Shown here: in pieces, positions 7,119-15,715 of the stretch
Layout of the letters: each line of letters begins with the position of its first letter
Position numbering within the stretch: position 1 is the first letter of the stretch
Virus record (IMG/VR): IMGVR_UViG_3300036398_002939
Span: 1 to 55,408 of that record
Origin: a virus
Taxonomy: Duplodnaviria; Caudoviricetes
Reading direction: 5' to 3' (one strand)
Length of the DNA: 55,408 bases
The notes under the pieces: model-generated
Seen by the model: only the letters and a program-made list of their open reading frames with translations
Told to the model about the DNA's origin: nothing
Databases searched by the model: none
Made by a program: the position numbers and the translations under genes

Positions 7119-7477
7119 TAAATATGAATAAAATTATTTTTGTGTGTCTAATTCTATTGGGCACCATAGGACTAACCAATGTTATAGAATCAAAATCCTA
7201 TACAATCATTACTGTATCGGGAACTGTTACAGACTACAAAACAAAAAAACCAACAAGTGTTACTATATCATTCTATGATTTATACAATAAACGGATAGGT
7301 TGGTCAAAAAGTAATTCAAAGACTGGCTCCTATTTAGTTACCGGATTAAAGCCAGGTGAGGCATACATAATACGCATTGAATCCATTGACTATATGAGAG
7401 ACGAGTATGAAGTAATAATGCCAAATGTCAATAGTCATATAGAATTAAATAAAGATTTTGAAGTTATACCGAGATAA
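7115..7477 (+). CDS. Exported carboxypeptidase-regulatory-like (beta-sandwich) domain protein
   Basis: Signal-peptide-like N-terminus, VSGTVTDYKTKKP...GSYLVTGLKPGEAYIIRIE pattern. Confidence 0.7.
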   Translation: MINMNKIIFVCLILLGTIGLTNVIESKSYTIITVSGTVTDYKTKKPTSVTISFYDLYNKRIGWSKSNSKTGSYLVTGLKPGEAYIIRIESIDYMRDEYEVIMPNVNSHIELNKDFEVIPR

Positions 7478-7502
7478 TTTAAAAACGAACAAGGAAACAA
7501 CA

Positions 7503-7862
7503 ATGAATACAACAACTCAAACACCCAGTCTTGTATCTGCTATTGGGTTTTTAGTAAACCACAAACTACCAGAACTTGATACAAACAAAACATGGATGTA
7601 TTCAGTCCAATACGGAAACAAGTATGCTAAGATTATTTCAGAAACTAACCGTGGTCCTGCCGGCGGAGTAAAGTCTGTTTGGGGTTTTGTTGCCCTACAA
7701 GACATGACTGTGAGTGGCATACCATACAAACGAGGAGACTTGCTCAAAGCTGCATCATTCAAGGCACCTGCAAAACACGCTCGTGGTAATCTGTTAGAAG
7801 GAACAGCCGAATACGATCTATACGGACCCGCTTACCTAAACAACCCGAGGTCATCATGGTAA
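7503..7862 (+). CDS. Conserved phage protein (GDLLKAASxKAPAKHARGN motif)
   Basis: Motif recurrent in large-phage early genes; leader AAGGAAACAACA-ATG. Confidence 0.75.
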   Translation: MNTTTQTPSLVSAIGFLVNHKLPELDTNKTWMYSVQYGNKYAKIISETNRGPAGGVKSVWGFVALQDMTVSGIPYKRGDLLKAASFKAPAKHARGNLLEGTAEYDLYGPAYLNNPRSSW

Positions 7863-8092
7863 GGAAACCGCATATCCGAGACAAACGATCCCACCATGTT
7901 AAGCGTGGCACCAGATTCCAATGGTATTGTCCAAGTAGGGGCAAGTGGATTGACTGCACTGTGACTGGAACAAATCGTTCTTGGGTGCGGTATATTGAGA
8001 ATCACCGAACCGGTGCTGCATTCGATGGTGAATTTAATTTTACCCGCAGAGACTTTAATGAATTTACGAATATCAAAATTACCCAATGGTGA
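7856..8092 (+). CDS. Small basic hypothetical protein
   Basis: Tightly coupled ORF. Confidence 0.55.
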   Translation: MVRKPHIRDKRSHHVKRGTRFQWYCPSRGKWIDCTVTGTNRSWVRYIENHRTGAAFDGEFNFTRRDFNEFTNIKITQW

Positions 8093-8095
8093 ACC

Positions 8096-8341
8096 ATGTT
8101 TTTACAAGATGACCATGCATACGAACTTGCAACAGACTTGTTGGTAAAGTATCACAATGCTAGTGAAACCTATGATGCATTGAAGGATATTCTGAACCAC
8201 GAAGAACCCGATACGGAAAGGTATGAACTTATCCGTAGGGAATACCTGAAGGCAGCTGAATACGCAAAGATAAGACATACACACGCGATGATTATATCAT
8301 GTGACATTATACAATCTATACAAGAATACCGTTGGAATTAA
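8096..8341 (+). CDS. Hypothetical protein
   Basis: Tightly coupled ORF. Confidence 0.6.
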   Translation: MFLQDDHAYELATDLLVKYHNASETYDALKDILNHEEPDTERYELIRREYLKAAEYAKIRHTHAMIISCDIIQSIQEYRWN

Positions 8342-8366
8342 ACATTAACAATTAAGGAATAAAACT

Positions 8367-8792
8367 ATGTCTATGCCGCATCCATCACAAATTGATTGGC
8401 AAGGAATTGAGAAGAAAATGAATGAACTAAAGACTACGCCTACTCACAGTAACGGTGAGGAATGGCGAGAAGGTTATACAAAGATTGAACATCCCGAATG
8501 GGGAACTGCATTTGTCCGTAGGATTGAAAGGGCAAAGGCAATCGATACATTGCGTGAATGGAACTCAGAGAGATTTAATCCATACGATATAGATGTTCAC
8601 GATATGATAGAATACTATCTTGATATGATGGAATCTGGTGTCAAAGGTTGGGTGGAATATACCAACGAAGAACTTGCTGAGGAACTGAATAGAATGAACA
8701 CGGATGCTGACTGGCTCTATGAAAATGAAGAAGATGAAAACGGTGAGGAATGTCCAGTTATTTTTGAAGTTTACAATGGGGAACATAGATGA
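8367..8792 (+). CDS. Acidic hypothetical protein (GxxG-ExLxE family, copy 1)
   Basis: MMESGVKGWVEYTNEELAEE. Confidence 0.7.
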   Translation: MSMPHPSQIDWQGIEKKMNELKTTPTHSNGEEWREGYTKIEHPEWGTAFVRRIERAKAIDTLREWNSERFNPYDIDVHDMIEYYLDMMESGVKGWVEYTNEELAEELNRMNTDADWLYENEEDENGEECPVIFEVYNGEHR

Positions 8793-8995
8793 TAAATACC
8801 TATCAAGAATGGATGGTCATACTTGAAGATGACCACCAGGAACTGTTTACCTATGCAACTTGGGCATCTTGTGAGAGAGACGCCGAAGAGGATGCGGTAT
8901 TCAACACGAACTTACAAGGTGTCCGTAATGTGACTGTAATACCAATGGATCGTTATAGACTTGCAATGAGGACAACACATGAAATGGGAACCTAA
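8789..8995 (+). CDS. Hypothetical protein
   Basis: ATGA overlap with the upstream gene. Confidence 0.55.
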   Translation: MINTYQEWMVILEDDHQELFTYATWASCERDAEEDAVFNTNLQGVRNVTVIPMDRYRLAMRTTHEMGT

Positions 8996-9536
8996 AATAC
9001 TGGCGGTATGCATATTTTATTTTTTGTCTGTTAGTAATTGTTTATTTGGACAACAACTATCTGACGAAGAAACAAAACTATATGACATGATAATGGAATA
9101 CCGTGCATCCAAAGGATTGCCACCCATACCATTATCAGAAAAACTAAATTATGTTGCAAGAACTCATGCACAAGATTTATTCCACAACAGACCAGATACA
9201 GGAGAATGCAACTTACATAGCTGGTCTAACAAAGGAAACTGGATATCAGTATGTTACAAATCAGACCACACTGGTTCAGAATATGCAAGAATGAAAGGAC
9301 GAGAAATCATTGGCTATTCTGGATCATCTTATGAAATTGTGGCAAAACTTATCCCAACAAATGATATTGGTGTAAATATAACGGCAGAAATTGCTCTTGA
9401 CGGATTCAAAAAAAGTCCACCACATAATGCTGCTATTGTAAATTTAGATAATTGGAATGACAATTATTGGAAAGCGATTGGCATTTCAATCTATGCCAAC
9501 TATGCGTGTGTTTGGTTTGGTGAATATAAAAAATAA
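8979..9536 (+). CDS. Secreted CAP/SCP-domain protein
   Basis: Signal peptide, YRASKGLPPI.LS.KL..VARTHA, E...S.PHNAAI, AIGISI...WFG. Confidence 0.8.
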   Translation: MKWEPKILAVCIFYFLSVSNCLFGQQLSDEETKLYDMIMEYRASKGLPPIPLSEKLNYVARTHAQDLFHNRPDTGECNLHSWSNKGNWISVCYKSDHTGSEYARMKGREIIGYSGSSYEIVAKLIPTNDIGVNITAEIALDGFKKSPPHNAAIVNLDNWNDNYWKAIGISIYANYACVWFGEYKK

Positions 9537-9570
9537 TGCTTTGATCTCATAGAAAGATTACTTATATTTG
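9530..9570 (+). promoter_or_regulatory. Host-type early promoter P5
   Basis: TTTG(9540)-N19-TATATTTG(9563-9570). Confidence 0.85.
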
Positions 9571-9592
9571 TATAACAATAAAGGATAACCGA

Positions 9593-9838
9593 ATGGAACA
9601 CTACATTGAAGAATACTATGATGTTGGACAGAAATACAAAGATTATTTCATAAAGGAAAATGAATGTCCAGAATGTCATTCGGATGGGGACATTGAATAT
9701 CTTGATAGTGGTATCGGTGACGAGTTTTATTTCTATGAAATGGAATGTGGTTGCGGTGCCCGTTGGACAGAATTTCACAGACTTGTTTTTGACAGTATCA
9801 GAATTGACCAGCCCGTAAATAACACAGAAACAGAATAG
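9593..9838 (+). CDS. Acidic zinc-ribbon protein
   Basis: CPEC...ECGCGARW. Confidence 0.7.
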   Translation: MEHYIEEYYDVGQKYKDYFIKENECPECHSDGDIEYLDSGIGDEFYFYEMECGCGARWTEFHRLVFDSIRIDQPVNNTETE

Positions 9839-9877
9839 TCGGTATCATTTTTTATTTTTACTTAAAGGATTATCTTT

Positions 9878-10228
9878 ATGCCAAAAGGAATTTTTTACAA
9901 CGGAATGAGCAAGAAAGAAGTTGCTCACAACACTGCTGTTTTCACTATCATTCTATCGAATGAAGAAAATGCATTGACAAAAGGCCTAATGAAGTTAGGT
10001 AGTTTTGCAAATAAATTGTGGACATCCGAAGAAGATGAATTGCTAAGTTTATATCAAGAGTATCGTGATAAGGTTGTTGATAAATTAGCAGAATTGAACT
10101 CGAAAAGAATGCCCACAACCGCTTTGAGTGAAATAATCAAAAATGGTTATGTTGGTATCACAGATTGGAATGACAATGAAATCATTGAGTTTGCTATGGA
10201 CAATTACGATGAAGTAAAACAAAATTAA
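9878..10228 (+). CDS. Hypothetical protein (GxxG-ExLxE family, copy 2)
   Basis: IIKNGYVGITDWNDNEIIE. Confidence 0.7.
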   Translation: MPKGIFYNGMSKKEVAHNTAVFTIILSNEENALTKGLMKLGSFANKLWTSEEDELLSLYQEYRDKVVDKLAELNSKRMPTTALSEIIKNGYVGITDWNDNEIIEFAMDNYDEVKQN

Positions 10229-10243
10229 ACTTTGAGGATAAAC

Positions 10244-10525
10244 ATGAAACATGAAAACGAAAAGAACTTTCATCATGGTCACACAAGACAAGAGATAGTG
10301 GATGCTATCATTGACTTTGAATTGGACAATGATATTCTACCCGATTGGCGTGAGATATTGGAATATGGTTGGGCTGGATATGCTTATACCGATGAAGATG
10401 CCCTCCGTGAACTGTATGATGAATACTTTACGGAACCTGAAAGGGTTGCTGAGGAATCACCTGAGGATTCATGGTGGTACGATGATCTCGGAACCGCAAC
10501 CGATGGCCGAGGTAATCATGTTTAA
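10244..10525 (+). CDS. Acidic hypothetical protein (GxxG-ExLxE family, copy 3)
   Basis: ILEYGWAGYAYTDEDALRELY; GAGGA RBS. Confidence 0.7.
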   Translation: MKHENEKNFHHGHTRQEIVDAIIDFELDNDILPDWREILEYGWAGYAYTDEDALRELYDEYFTEPERVAEESPEDSWWYDDLGTATDGRGNHV

Positions 10526-10730
10526 CCCAAGTCTCGAATATCTTATCGGATTGTCAAAGCTCTCCGGTCGTTCATTTAATCAAACGATGGCGAGAATCAT
10601 CGAAGGTCTTCCGGAAGCCGATAGACCACATCTCTTTGTCCGTGACGATGACGGTAGTCTTATCTCAGCTCAACAAGTGCTTCAAGAACATTTTGCACCC
10701 AAGCCCATTGGGTTTATCACCAATCAATAA
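10518..10730 (+). CDS. Hypothetical protein
   Basis: Start MFNPS after GAGG RBS (3' part of the 10302 ORF). Confidence 0.6.
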   Translation: MFNPSLEYLIGLSKLSGRSFNQTMARIIEGLPEADRPHLFVRDDDGSLISAQQVLQEHFAPKPIGFITNQ

Positions 10731-10741
10731 GGAATCATATA

Positions 10742-10933
10742 ATGGAATATCTAACATTCACCTTACTCTTTATCGCAGCATGGGCGGGTGTCTCCGCAAC
10801 CGTACTATCTATCATCCAATACATTAAACCAAGATTGACTTGGACACAAAGGGCAATATGGATTCACGCGGACATTTGTAAGTATGCACTTTGGGCTTCT
10901 ATCCCAACCAGTATATTGGGGTTATACCTATGA
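10742..10933 (+). CDS. Small membrane protein
   Basis: Hydrophobic; AAGGA RBS. Confidence 0.6.
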   Translation: MEYLTFTLLFIAAWAGVSATVLSIIQYIKPRLTWTQRAIWIHADICKYALWASIPTSILGLYL

Positions 10934-11103
10934 GTGAACTAGTATCATCCGTTCTGCTCACGATTGCACTTGTCTTGGGTGTAACAAGTTTCATTGATTG
11001 GATAAATCGTGTTCGTATTCTTTGGAACACCAAACGAAAGAGTGGTAATCAAACCCATACGGATTGGGAATTTATTAAACATATTTTAAGGAGGCACCGA
11101 TGA
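10930..11103 (+). CDS. Small membrane protein
   Basis: MSELVSSVLLTIALVLGV..., ATGA coupling. Confidence 0.55.
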   Translation: MSELVSSVLLTIALVLGVTSFIDWINRVRILWNTKRKSGNQTHTDWEFIKHILRRHR

Positions 11104-11237
11104 AAGTCTATGTGCTTTACAACCAAAGATTTTGTGAGATTCGTGGTGTTTATTCATCACACGATTTGGCCATGGAGAATGCAGAATACGGAACAGACTT
11201 TGTATTTGAATGTGAACTTGACGAGGTTTTCGCATGA
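11100..11237 (+). CDS. Small conserved phage protein (MKVYVL...GVYSS...ELD)
   Basis: Own translation; AAGGAGG RBS; ATGA coupling. Confidence 0.65.
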   Translation: MKVYVLYNQRFCEIRGVYSSHDLAMENAEYGTDFVFECELDEVFA

Positions 11238-11380
11238 ACAGACAAGATGATAATAGAGACGAAAGAATAACAAACTGGATAATTGGTTTAGGTATTGCGT
11301 CCGCAGTTATATGGATATTCAATGCATATAATTTGGTGGAACTATATCGTCAGATAGTAAAAATATTTATTATGGAATAA
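11234..11380 (+). CDS. Small membrane peptide
   Basis: Own translation, one hydrophobic helix, ATGA coupling. Confidence 0.45.
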   Translation: MNRQDDNRDERITNWIIGLGIASAVIWIFNAYNLVELYRQIVKIFIME

Positions 11381-11383
11381 CCG

Positions 11384-11713
11384 ATGAAAAATATTTCCGC
11401 AGATACAATTCGTAATTGGATTGACCAATGTGATTCTCAACTGAAACTATTACAGAACGCAAAGGATTTCATTCATCGTGAATACTACGAGAAGGATTCT
11501 ATAACATATTCGGTAGAAGAAGGTTTACAGTTTTATTTCGGAAATCTTATTCGTGACCATAAGACAAAGAAGCAAATCTTGGAGCAGATGTTGATTCATT
11601 GTGAAACTGAAAACATTGTGGAAATGTTTGGTTATGTATTCGAGGACAAGATAGTGGATAAACTTCCCGAATACTTACGGAAAGAATTTTACAATTTCGT
11701 ATACGAGATTTGA
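11384..11713 (+). CDS. Hypothetical protein
   Basis: 109-aa ORF with RBS. Confidence 0.65.
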   Translation: MKNISADTIRNWIDQCDSQLKLLQNAKDFIHREYYEKDSITYSVEEGLQFYFGNLIRDHKTKKQILEQMLIHCETENIVEMFGYVFEDKIVDKLPEYLRKEFYNFVYEI

Positions 11714-11719
11714 TTGGAT

Positions 11720-11802
11720 GGTCCGGTGGCGAAATGGCAGACGCACAAGACTTAAAATTTTGGGAAGGCAACTTCGTGTGGGTTCGAGTCCCACCCGGAC
11801 TA
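11720..11802 (+). tRNA. tRNA-Leu(UAA), CCA not encoded
   Basis: GGTCCGG/CCGGACT acceptor, anticodon loop CT-TAA-AA, long variable arm, GTGGG-TTCGAGT-CCCAC T arm, discriminator A. Confidence 0.95.
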
Positions 11803-11808
11803 CAATCA

Positions 11809-11843
11809 ATGGGCAGTGGTTTTTAATCACTGCCCATATTTAT
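11809..11843 (+). terminator. Hairpin after tRNA-Leu, overlapping an ATATTTAT motif
   Basis: ATGGGCAGTG(11809-11818)/CACTGCCCAT(11828-11837). Confidence 0.6.
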
Positions 11844-11882
11844 TATGGTAGTTATGTTTTATTTATTATATGAGGTTATATC

Positions 11883-12146
11883 ATGTTAGATACCTTAAAG
11901 ACATTTACACCATTACTTGTTTTGTCCGTCATCGCAATCGGTGCAACATTTGGGGATGGTAACTTCAGCACATTCGCTGTTGGTTTAAGTAAGTATGCAC
12001 TTGCCGTTGGAGCTGCATGGTTTGTTGATTCATTCTTGATTAAGGAGGTGAAGACTCGTGAGATACTTGCAGAAAATCCTGTTGCTTACGCTATTTGGTT
12101 GTTTGCTAACATCCTCACCGCTGCTCTCTGCTTCTCAAACAGTTGA
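11883..12146 (+). CDS. Putative holin-like membrane protein
   Basis: 87 aa with about three hydrophobic helices, directly upstream of a peptidoglycan hydrolase. Confidence 0.6.
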   Translation: MLDTLKTFTPLLVLSVIAIGATFGDGNFSTFAVGLSKYALAVGAAWFVDSFLIKEVKTREILAENPVAYAIWLFANILTAALCFSNS

Positions 12147-12639
12147 ACAGACAGACGGTGAAAGGGTTAGAAACATTGCTTACGGATTCGTTGGAACGAA
12201 AGAGGAAGGAAACAACGGAGGATATTGGGTAACTCGTTATCTAAAATCAGTTGGACTGAGACCTGGAAATCCTTGGTGTGCAGCATTCGTTTCATTTTGT
12301 CTTGATAGTGCTAAAATAAAAACTATGCGTGTTCGTTCTGGTTTAGCCAGACACTTCATCACGAAGAACAAGACAATCCGTGCTACGAAAGTTATGAACT
12401 CAAACATGGACATTCCTACCGGAACCGTAGTGGTTTGGCGTAGGGGAACAACAACATTTGGTCATGTTGGGTTTGTTGATAAATGGAAAGGTAAAGCCGG
12501 AACAACGATTGAAGGCAATACCAGTTCCGGTCGTAGTGGTAGAGAATGGGATGGTGGTGGTGTATGGTATCGTAAGAGAACAATCAATCCATACAATCAT
12601 TTCAGAATAACAGATTTTGCCCTATTAGACCAAAAATAA
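12058..12639 (+). CDS. CHAP-domain peptidoglycan hydrolase with signal peptide
   Basis: PWCAAFV, GHVGFV, TIEGNT; GTG start with AAGGAGGTG upstream. Confidence 0.88.
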   Translation: MRYLQKILLLTLFGCLLTSSPLLSASQTVEQTDGERVRNIAYGFVGTKEEGNNGGYWVTRYLKSVGLRPGNPWCAAFVSFCLDSAKIKTMRVRSGLARHFITKNKTIRATKVMNSNMDIPTGTVVVWRRGTTTFGHVGFVDKWKGKAGTTIEGNTSSGRSGREWDGGGVWYRKRTINPYNHFRITDFALLDQK

Positions 12640-12644
12640 TCATA

Positions 12645-12668
12645 GGGGAGCCCACGCTCCCCATTTTT
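12645..12668 (+). terminator. Intrinsic terminator
   Basis: GGGGAGC-CCAC-GCTCCCC followed by ATTTTT. Confidence 0.7.
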
Positions 12669-12678
12669 ATTCCAGTCG

Positions 12679-12820
12679 TAACCCCTTGAAAATAAAGGAC
12701 TTAGGCCCGGTCGTAACTCTTTGCGGGATAAGGACTTAGCACTATTTATATCCAGTCTAAATAAGAATTAGCGGTAAATAAAATAATGCTTTGATCTTAA
12801 TGCGCAATTCCGTATATTAG
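12679..12820 (+). promoter_or_regulatory. Regulatory module: two 25-bp palindromes, Fur-box-like palindrome and promoter P6
   Basis: Palindromes 12679-12703 and 12714-12738, ATTTATATCCAGTCTAAAT 12744-12762, TTTG(12790)-N19-TATATTAG(12813-12820). Confidence 0.8.
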
Positions 12821-12862
12821 CACTATAAATTAATCAACAACCACATTATTATAGGTTTATTT

Positions 12863-13285
12863 ATGAAAAACATCACATTAAACATCGTCTTTTTGATGAC
12901 ATTGTTCACATTTATTGGTTGTGAACAGTCACCAATTTCACCCATAACAGAGACTAATTATAGTGTAACTGTTGGTGAAAACCAAATAGAAAATATTGTT
13001 GTAAACAAATCAACAGATTCGGTTAGAGTAGTTATTGATTGTTTGAATTTAACACGTGATCAACATATTCGTATTATGATTATAGTGACAGAGTATGAGG
13101 GAATGATTCAATGGTTAAAGGCAAAACAAAAAAATACAACACCAACAATAAATGAAATGTATAAATCAATAAGAATTATTTTATCACCAGAACAACAAAT
13201 ACTATGGGATAATTGGGTTGCAACCGGTACTATCCCATGTGAAATAAAACCAGATATTTACAAACAACAAACGGTATCAAAATAA
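12863..13285 (+). CDS. Lipoprotein with Spy/CpxP-like LTxxQ motifs
   Basis: Lipobox-like FIGC; LNLTRDQ and ILSPEQQ. Confidence 0.6.
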   Translation: MKNITLNIVFLMTLFTFIGCEQSPISPITETNYSVTVGENQIENIVVNKSTDSVRVVIDCLNLTRDQHIRIMIIVTEYEGMIQWLKAKQKNTTPTINEMYKSIRIILSPEQQILWDNWVATGTIPCEIKPDIYKQQTVSK

Positions 13286-13287
13286 AC

Positions 13288-13614
13288 ATGGAACATTATT
13301 TTTCAGTACACATCTGGCGGATTCGTTCACTACAACGGGGCCCCAAAAAAACTAAAAACTCATACATCGGTTGGTTTCGTTCACACGATTCATCATATCC
13401 CGATTGGGAAGGGGCGATAGCCCGTGTTCAATCCCTTAAAGATTTTCTTCGTGGTGAGGCCGGTGATTTTTCGGATGAACAGATTATTACCGCCCGTGGT
13501 GGTTCATATAACTGGTCATGGCGGAATGTGAGTAACGATTGTATCATTGAGATTACAAAGATAGATTTTGGGAGGGTGTATGATTGGGACGATGTAGGAC
13601 CTGGTGTTGGGTAA
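13288..13614 (+). CDS. Hypothetical protein
   Basis: 108-aa coupled ORF. Confidence 0.6.
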   Translation: MEHYFSVHIWRIRSLQRGPKKTKNSYIGWFRSHDSSYPDWEGAIARVQSLKDFLRGEAGDFSDEQIITARGGSYNWSWRNVSNDCIIEITKIDFGRVYDWDDVGPGVG

Positions 13615-13702
13615 CGGGAACTATTTGAACTGTGTATATGTTGTGGGTATGTTTGACAATCCGACTTGTTCGGAATGGGAAACATACCTTAAACATTTTT
13701 TA

Positions 13703-13734
13703 CTTGACTAGTATCTAAAAATTTCGTATATTTG
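13703..13734 (+). promoter_or_regulatory. Host-type promoter P7
   Basis: CTTGAC...CGTATATTTG(13727-13734). Confidence 0.7.
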
Positions 13735-13762
13735 TTCATCATTCACATTACGACAGAAAACT

Positions 13763-14047
13763 ATGGCAAAGATGAATTGGGAGAAGGCAAAACGATATAG
13801 GCCGACACAAGAAGAACTTGAACGATGGAAAAGAATAAAAATGGAAAAGGAGAAACTGAAGGCATCTCGCAAAAAAAATAAACCGATTAAAAAACCCGGA
13901 ATGGCGACTCCAAAACAAATGAGATTTCTCCGTAGGAATAAACTGATAAAACCTACAACAAAAGAAGTTTCTTTTGGAACTGCAAGTAATCTTATAGATA
14001 GATTCATCAGAAAACAAAAAAATATTTTGAAAAATAAAAAGGTTTAA
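13763..14047 (+). CDS. Highly basic protein, possible nucleic-acid binding
   Basis: K/R-rich; ATPKQ...ASNLID motif. Confidence 0.65.
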   Translation: MAKMNWEKAKRYRPTQEELERWKRIKMEKEKLKASRKKNKPIKKPGMATPKQMRFLRRNKLIKPTTKEVSFGTASNLIDRFIRKQKNILKNKKV

Positions 14048-14051
14048 AGTT

Positions 14052-14597
14052 ATGATTTATTATTCCATTCCATATTCATTAGATAAGAATATTGGAAATT
14101 ATTACAATTCAGTTATGGAATCCATACCAAACGATGATGATTTTGTTTGTTTCGTGGATGGTGATACAATTTTCACTACAAATAATTTTGGAAGTCAAAT
14201 TGCATCATCCGTAAAAAGATATCCAGAATGTAAATTTTTTACCTGTTATACAAATAGAATATCATCAACAACACAAAATTTACCAAATGTAGATAAAAAT
14301 AATAATGACATTCACTACCACAGAATTTTGGGAAAAAATTTACAGGAAAAATACTGGGATGAATGTTTTAATATTGGTAATGATATGAAAGACGCAATAA
14401 GTGGTGTACTAATGTTAATACGAAAAGATTTGTGGAAAGCAGTTGGTGGTTTTAAAACAGAAGGAATGTTAGGAGTTGATAATAACTTTCATATAAAATG
14501 TATACAAATAGGAGAACCAGTTTATATTATGAAGGGCGTTTACATTTATCATTGGTATAGATGGCCTGATTATACAAATAAAGATCACTTGATATAA
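14052..14597 (+). CDS. GT-A (family 2-like) glycosyltransferase
   Basis: FVCFVDGD (DxD), MLIRK.LW..VGGF, GVD. Confidence 0.7.
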   Translation: MIYYSIPYSLDKNIGNYYNSVMESIPNDDDFVCFVDGDTIFTTNNFGSQIASSVKRYPECKFFTCYTNRISSTTQNLPNVDKNNNDIHYHRILGKNLQEKYWDECFNIGNDMKDAISGVLMLIRKDLWKAVGGFKTEGMLGVDNNFHIKCIQIGEPVYIMKGVYIYHWYRWPDYTNKDHLI

Positions 14598-14613
14598 TTA
14601 AAAGGAGATAAAA

Positions 14614-14970
14614 ATGGCAAGACCAAAAACAATAATACTCGACATAGACGGAACACTAGTGGAACACGCACCACCTAATGTTGCACAAGGTTACAATCAT
14701 TGTATGACACTATTGGATGGAACGATAGAGAAATTGATAGAGTGGGACAAGAAGGGCTATAATATAATTCTACTTACCGGCAGGCGTGAATCACTACGAC
14801 AACAAACAGAAAGACAACTCACGGAGGTTGGAATTTTTTACGACCAATTAATTATGGGTGTTGGTGGTGGATGCCGTGTATTGATTAATGATAAGAAGCC
14901 AGATGGTGAGGTCACATCTATTGCCTTTAATCCAGAAAGGAATGAAGGAATTTCAGATATTGAAATTTAA
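14614..14970 (+). CDS. HAD-superfamily phosphatase
   Basis: ILDIDGTL, LLTGR, LIND. Confidence 0.85.
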   Translation: MARPKTIILDIDGTLVEHAPPNVAQGYNHCMTLLDGTIEKLIEWDKKGYNIILLTGRRESLRQQTERQLTEVGIFYDQLIMGVGGGCRVLINDKKPDGEVTSIAFNPERNEGISDIEI

Positions 14971-15019
14971 AAATAATACATATTTATAGATATGTTTTAG
15001 TGTTATGAGTTAGTATGTT

Positions 15020-15715
15020 ATGAAAGGAAAAAAAGGTAGACCACCTTTGATATTAACGGAAGCACAAATCCGTTATGCAATGCAAAACAGTTTCGGTAAT
15101 AAAGATGCGTCAAGATTTCTTAAAGTTGATTATAGAACATACAAGAAATGGGCAAAGGAACATATCGACAGTGAAACTGGTAAGACTTTGTTTGAACTAC
15201 ATTCAAAGATTGGTATTCCACTCACAAGAGAAAAGAAAGATGACAAGTGGAATGGTAAATCATTTGATTGTAACAAAGGTTACAAAGAAAGATTAGAGGA
15301 TATTCTAGATGGAAAGTATCCTGGTTATGATTCAAGAAAGTTACGAAAAAGATTATTACTATCAGGATGGATTCCGTGTGTTTGTGCAGCGTGTGGTTGG
15401 GACGAACCACGAATGACTGATGGTAATTATCCCCTACTGATAGACTTCATTGATAACAACTGGCGAAATACTCACCTAGAGAATCTTCGTCTGTTATGTT
15501 TTAATTGTTACTTCAATCTTGTAAGGACACCATCGACATCATATCAAGGATGGACATATGGAACAGTATCAAAGACACCCTGGTATGGTGAGAAACGTCC
15601 AAGAGACGGCAGATACCGTAGAAGATTAGAGGAACGAATCAGACAACAAGAGGAAAAGAAAAAACAAGAACAAGAAAAGTTTTTTGATTGGAAGGATAAT
15701 GAAAATGATAACTAA
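15020..15715 (+). CDS. HTH plus degenerate HNH/zinc-finger protein
   Basis: ASRFLKVDYRTYKKWA; CAACG...IDFIDNNWRN..LENLRLLCFNCY. Confidence 0.7.
   Translation: MKGKKGRPPLILTEAQIRYAMQNSFGNKDASRFLKVDYRTYKKWAKEHIDSETGKTLFELHSKIGIPLTREKKDDKWNGKSFDCNKGYKERLEDILDGKYPGYDSRKLRKRLLLSGWIPCVCAACGWDEPRMTDGNYPLLIDFIDNNWRNTHLENLRLLCFNCYFNLVRTPSTSYQGWTYGTVSKTPWYGEKRPRDGRYRRRLEERIRQQEEKKKQEQEKFFDWKDNENDN

Noticed and set aside
13647-13690. Hairpin GGTATGTTT/AAACATACC with inner TCCGA/TCGGA
   Set aside because: A single hairpin between genes is adequately explained as a terminator or stability element.
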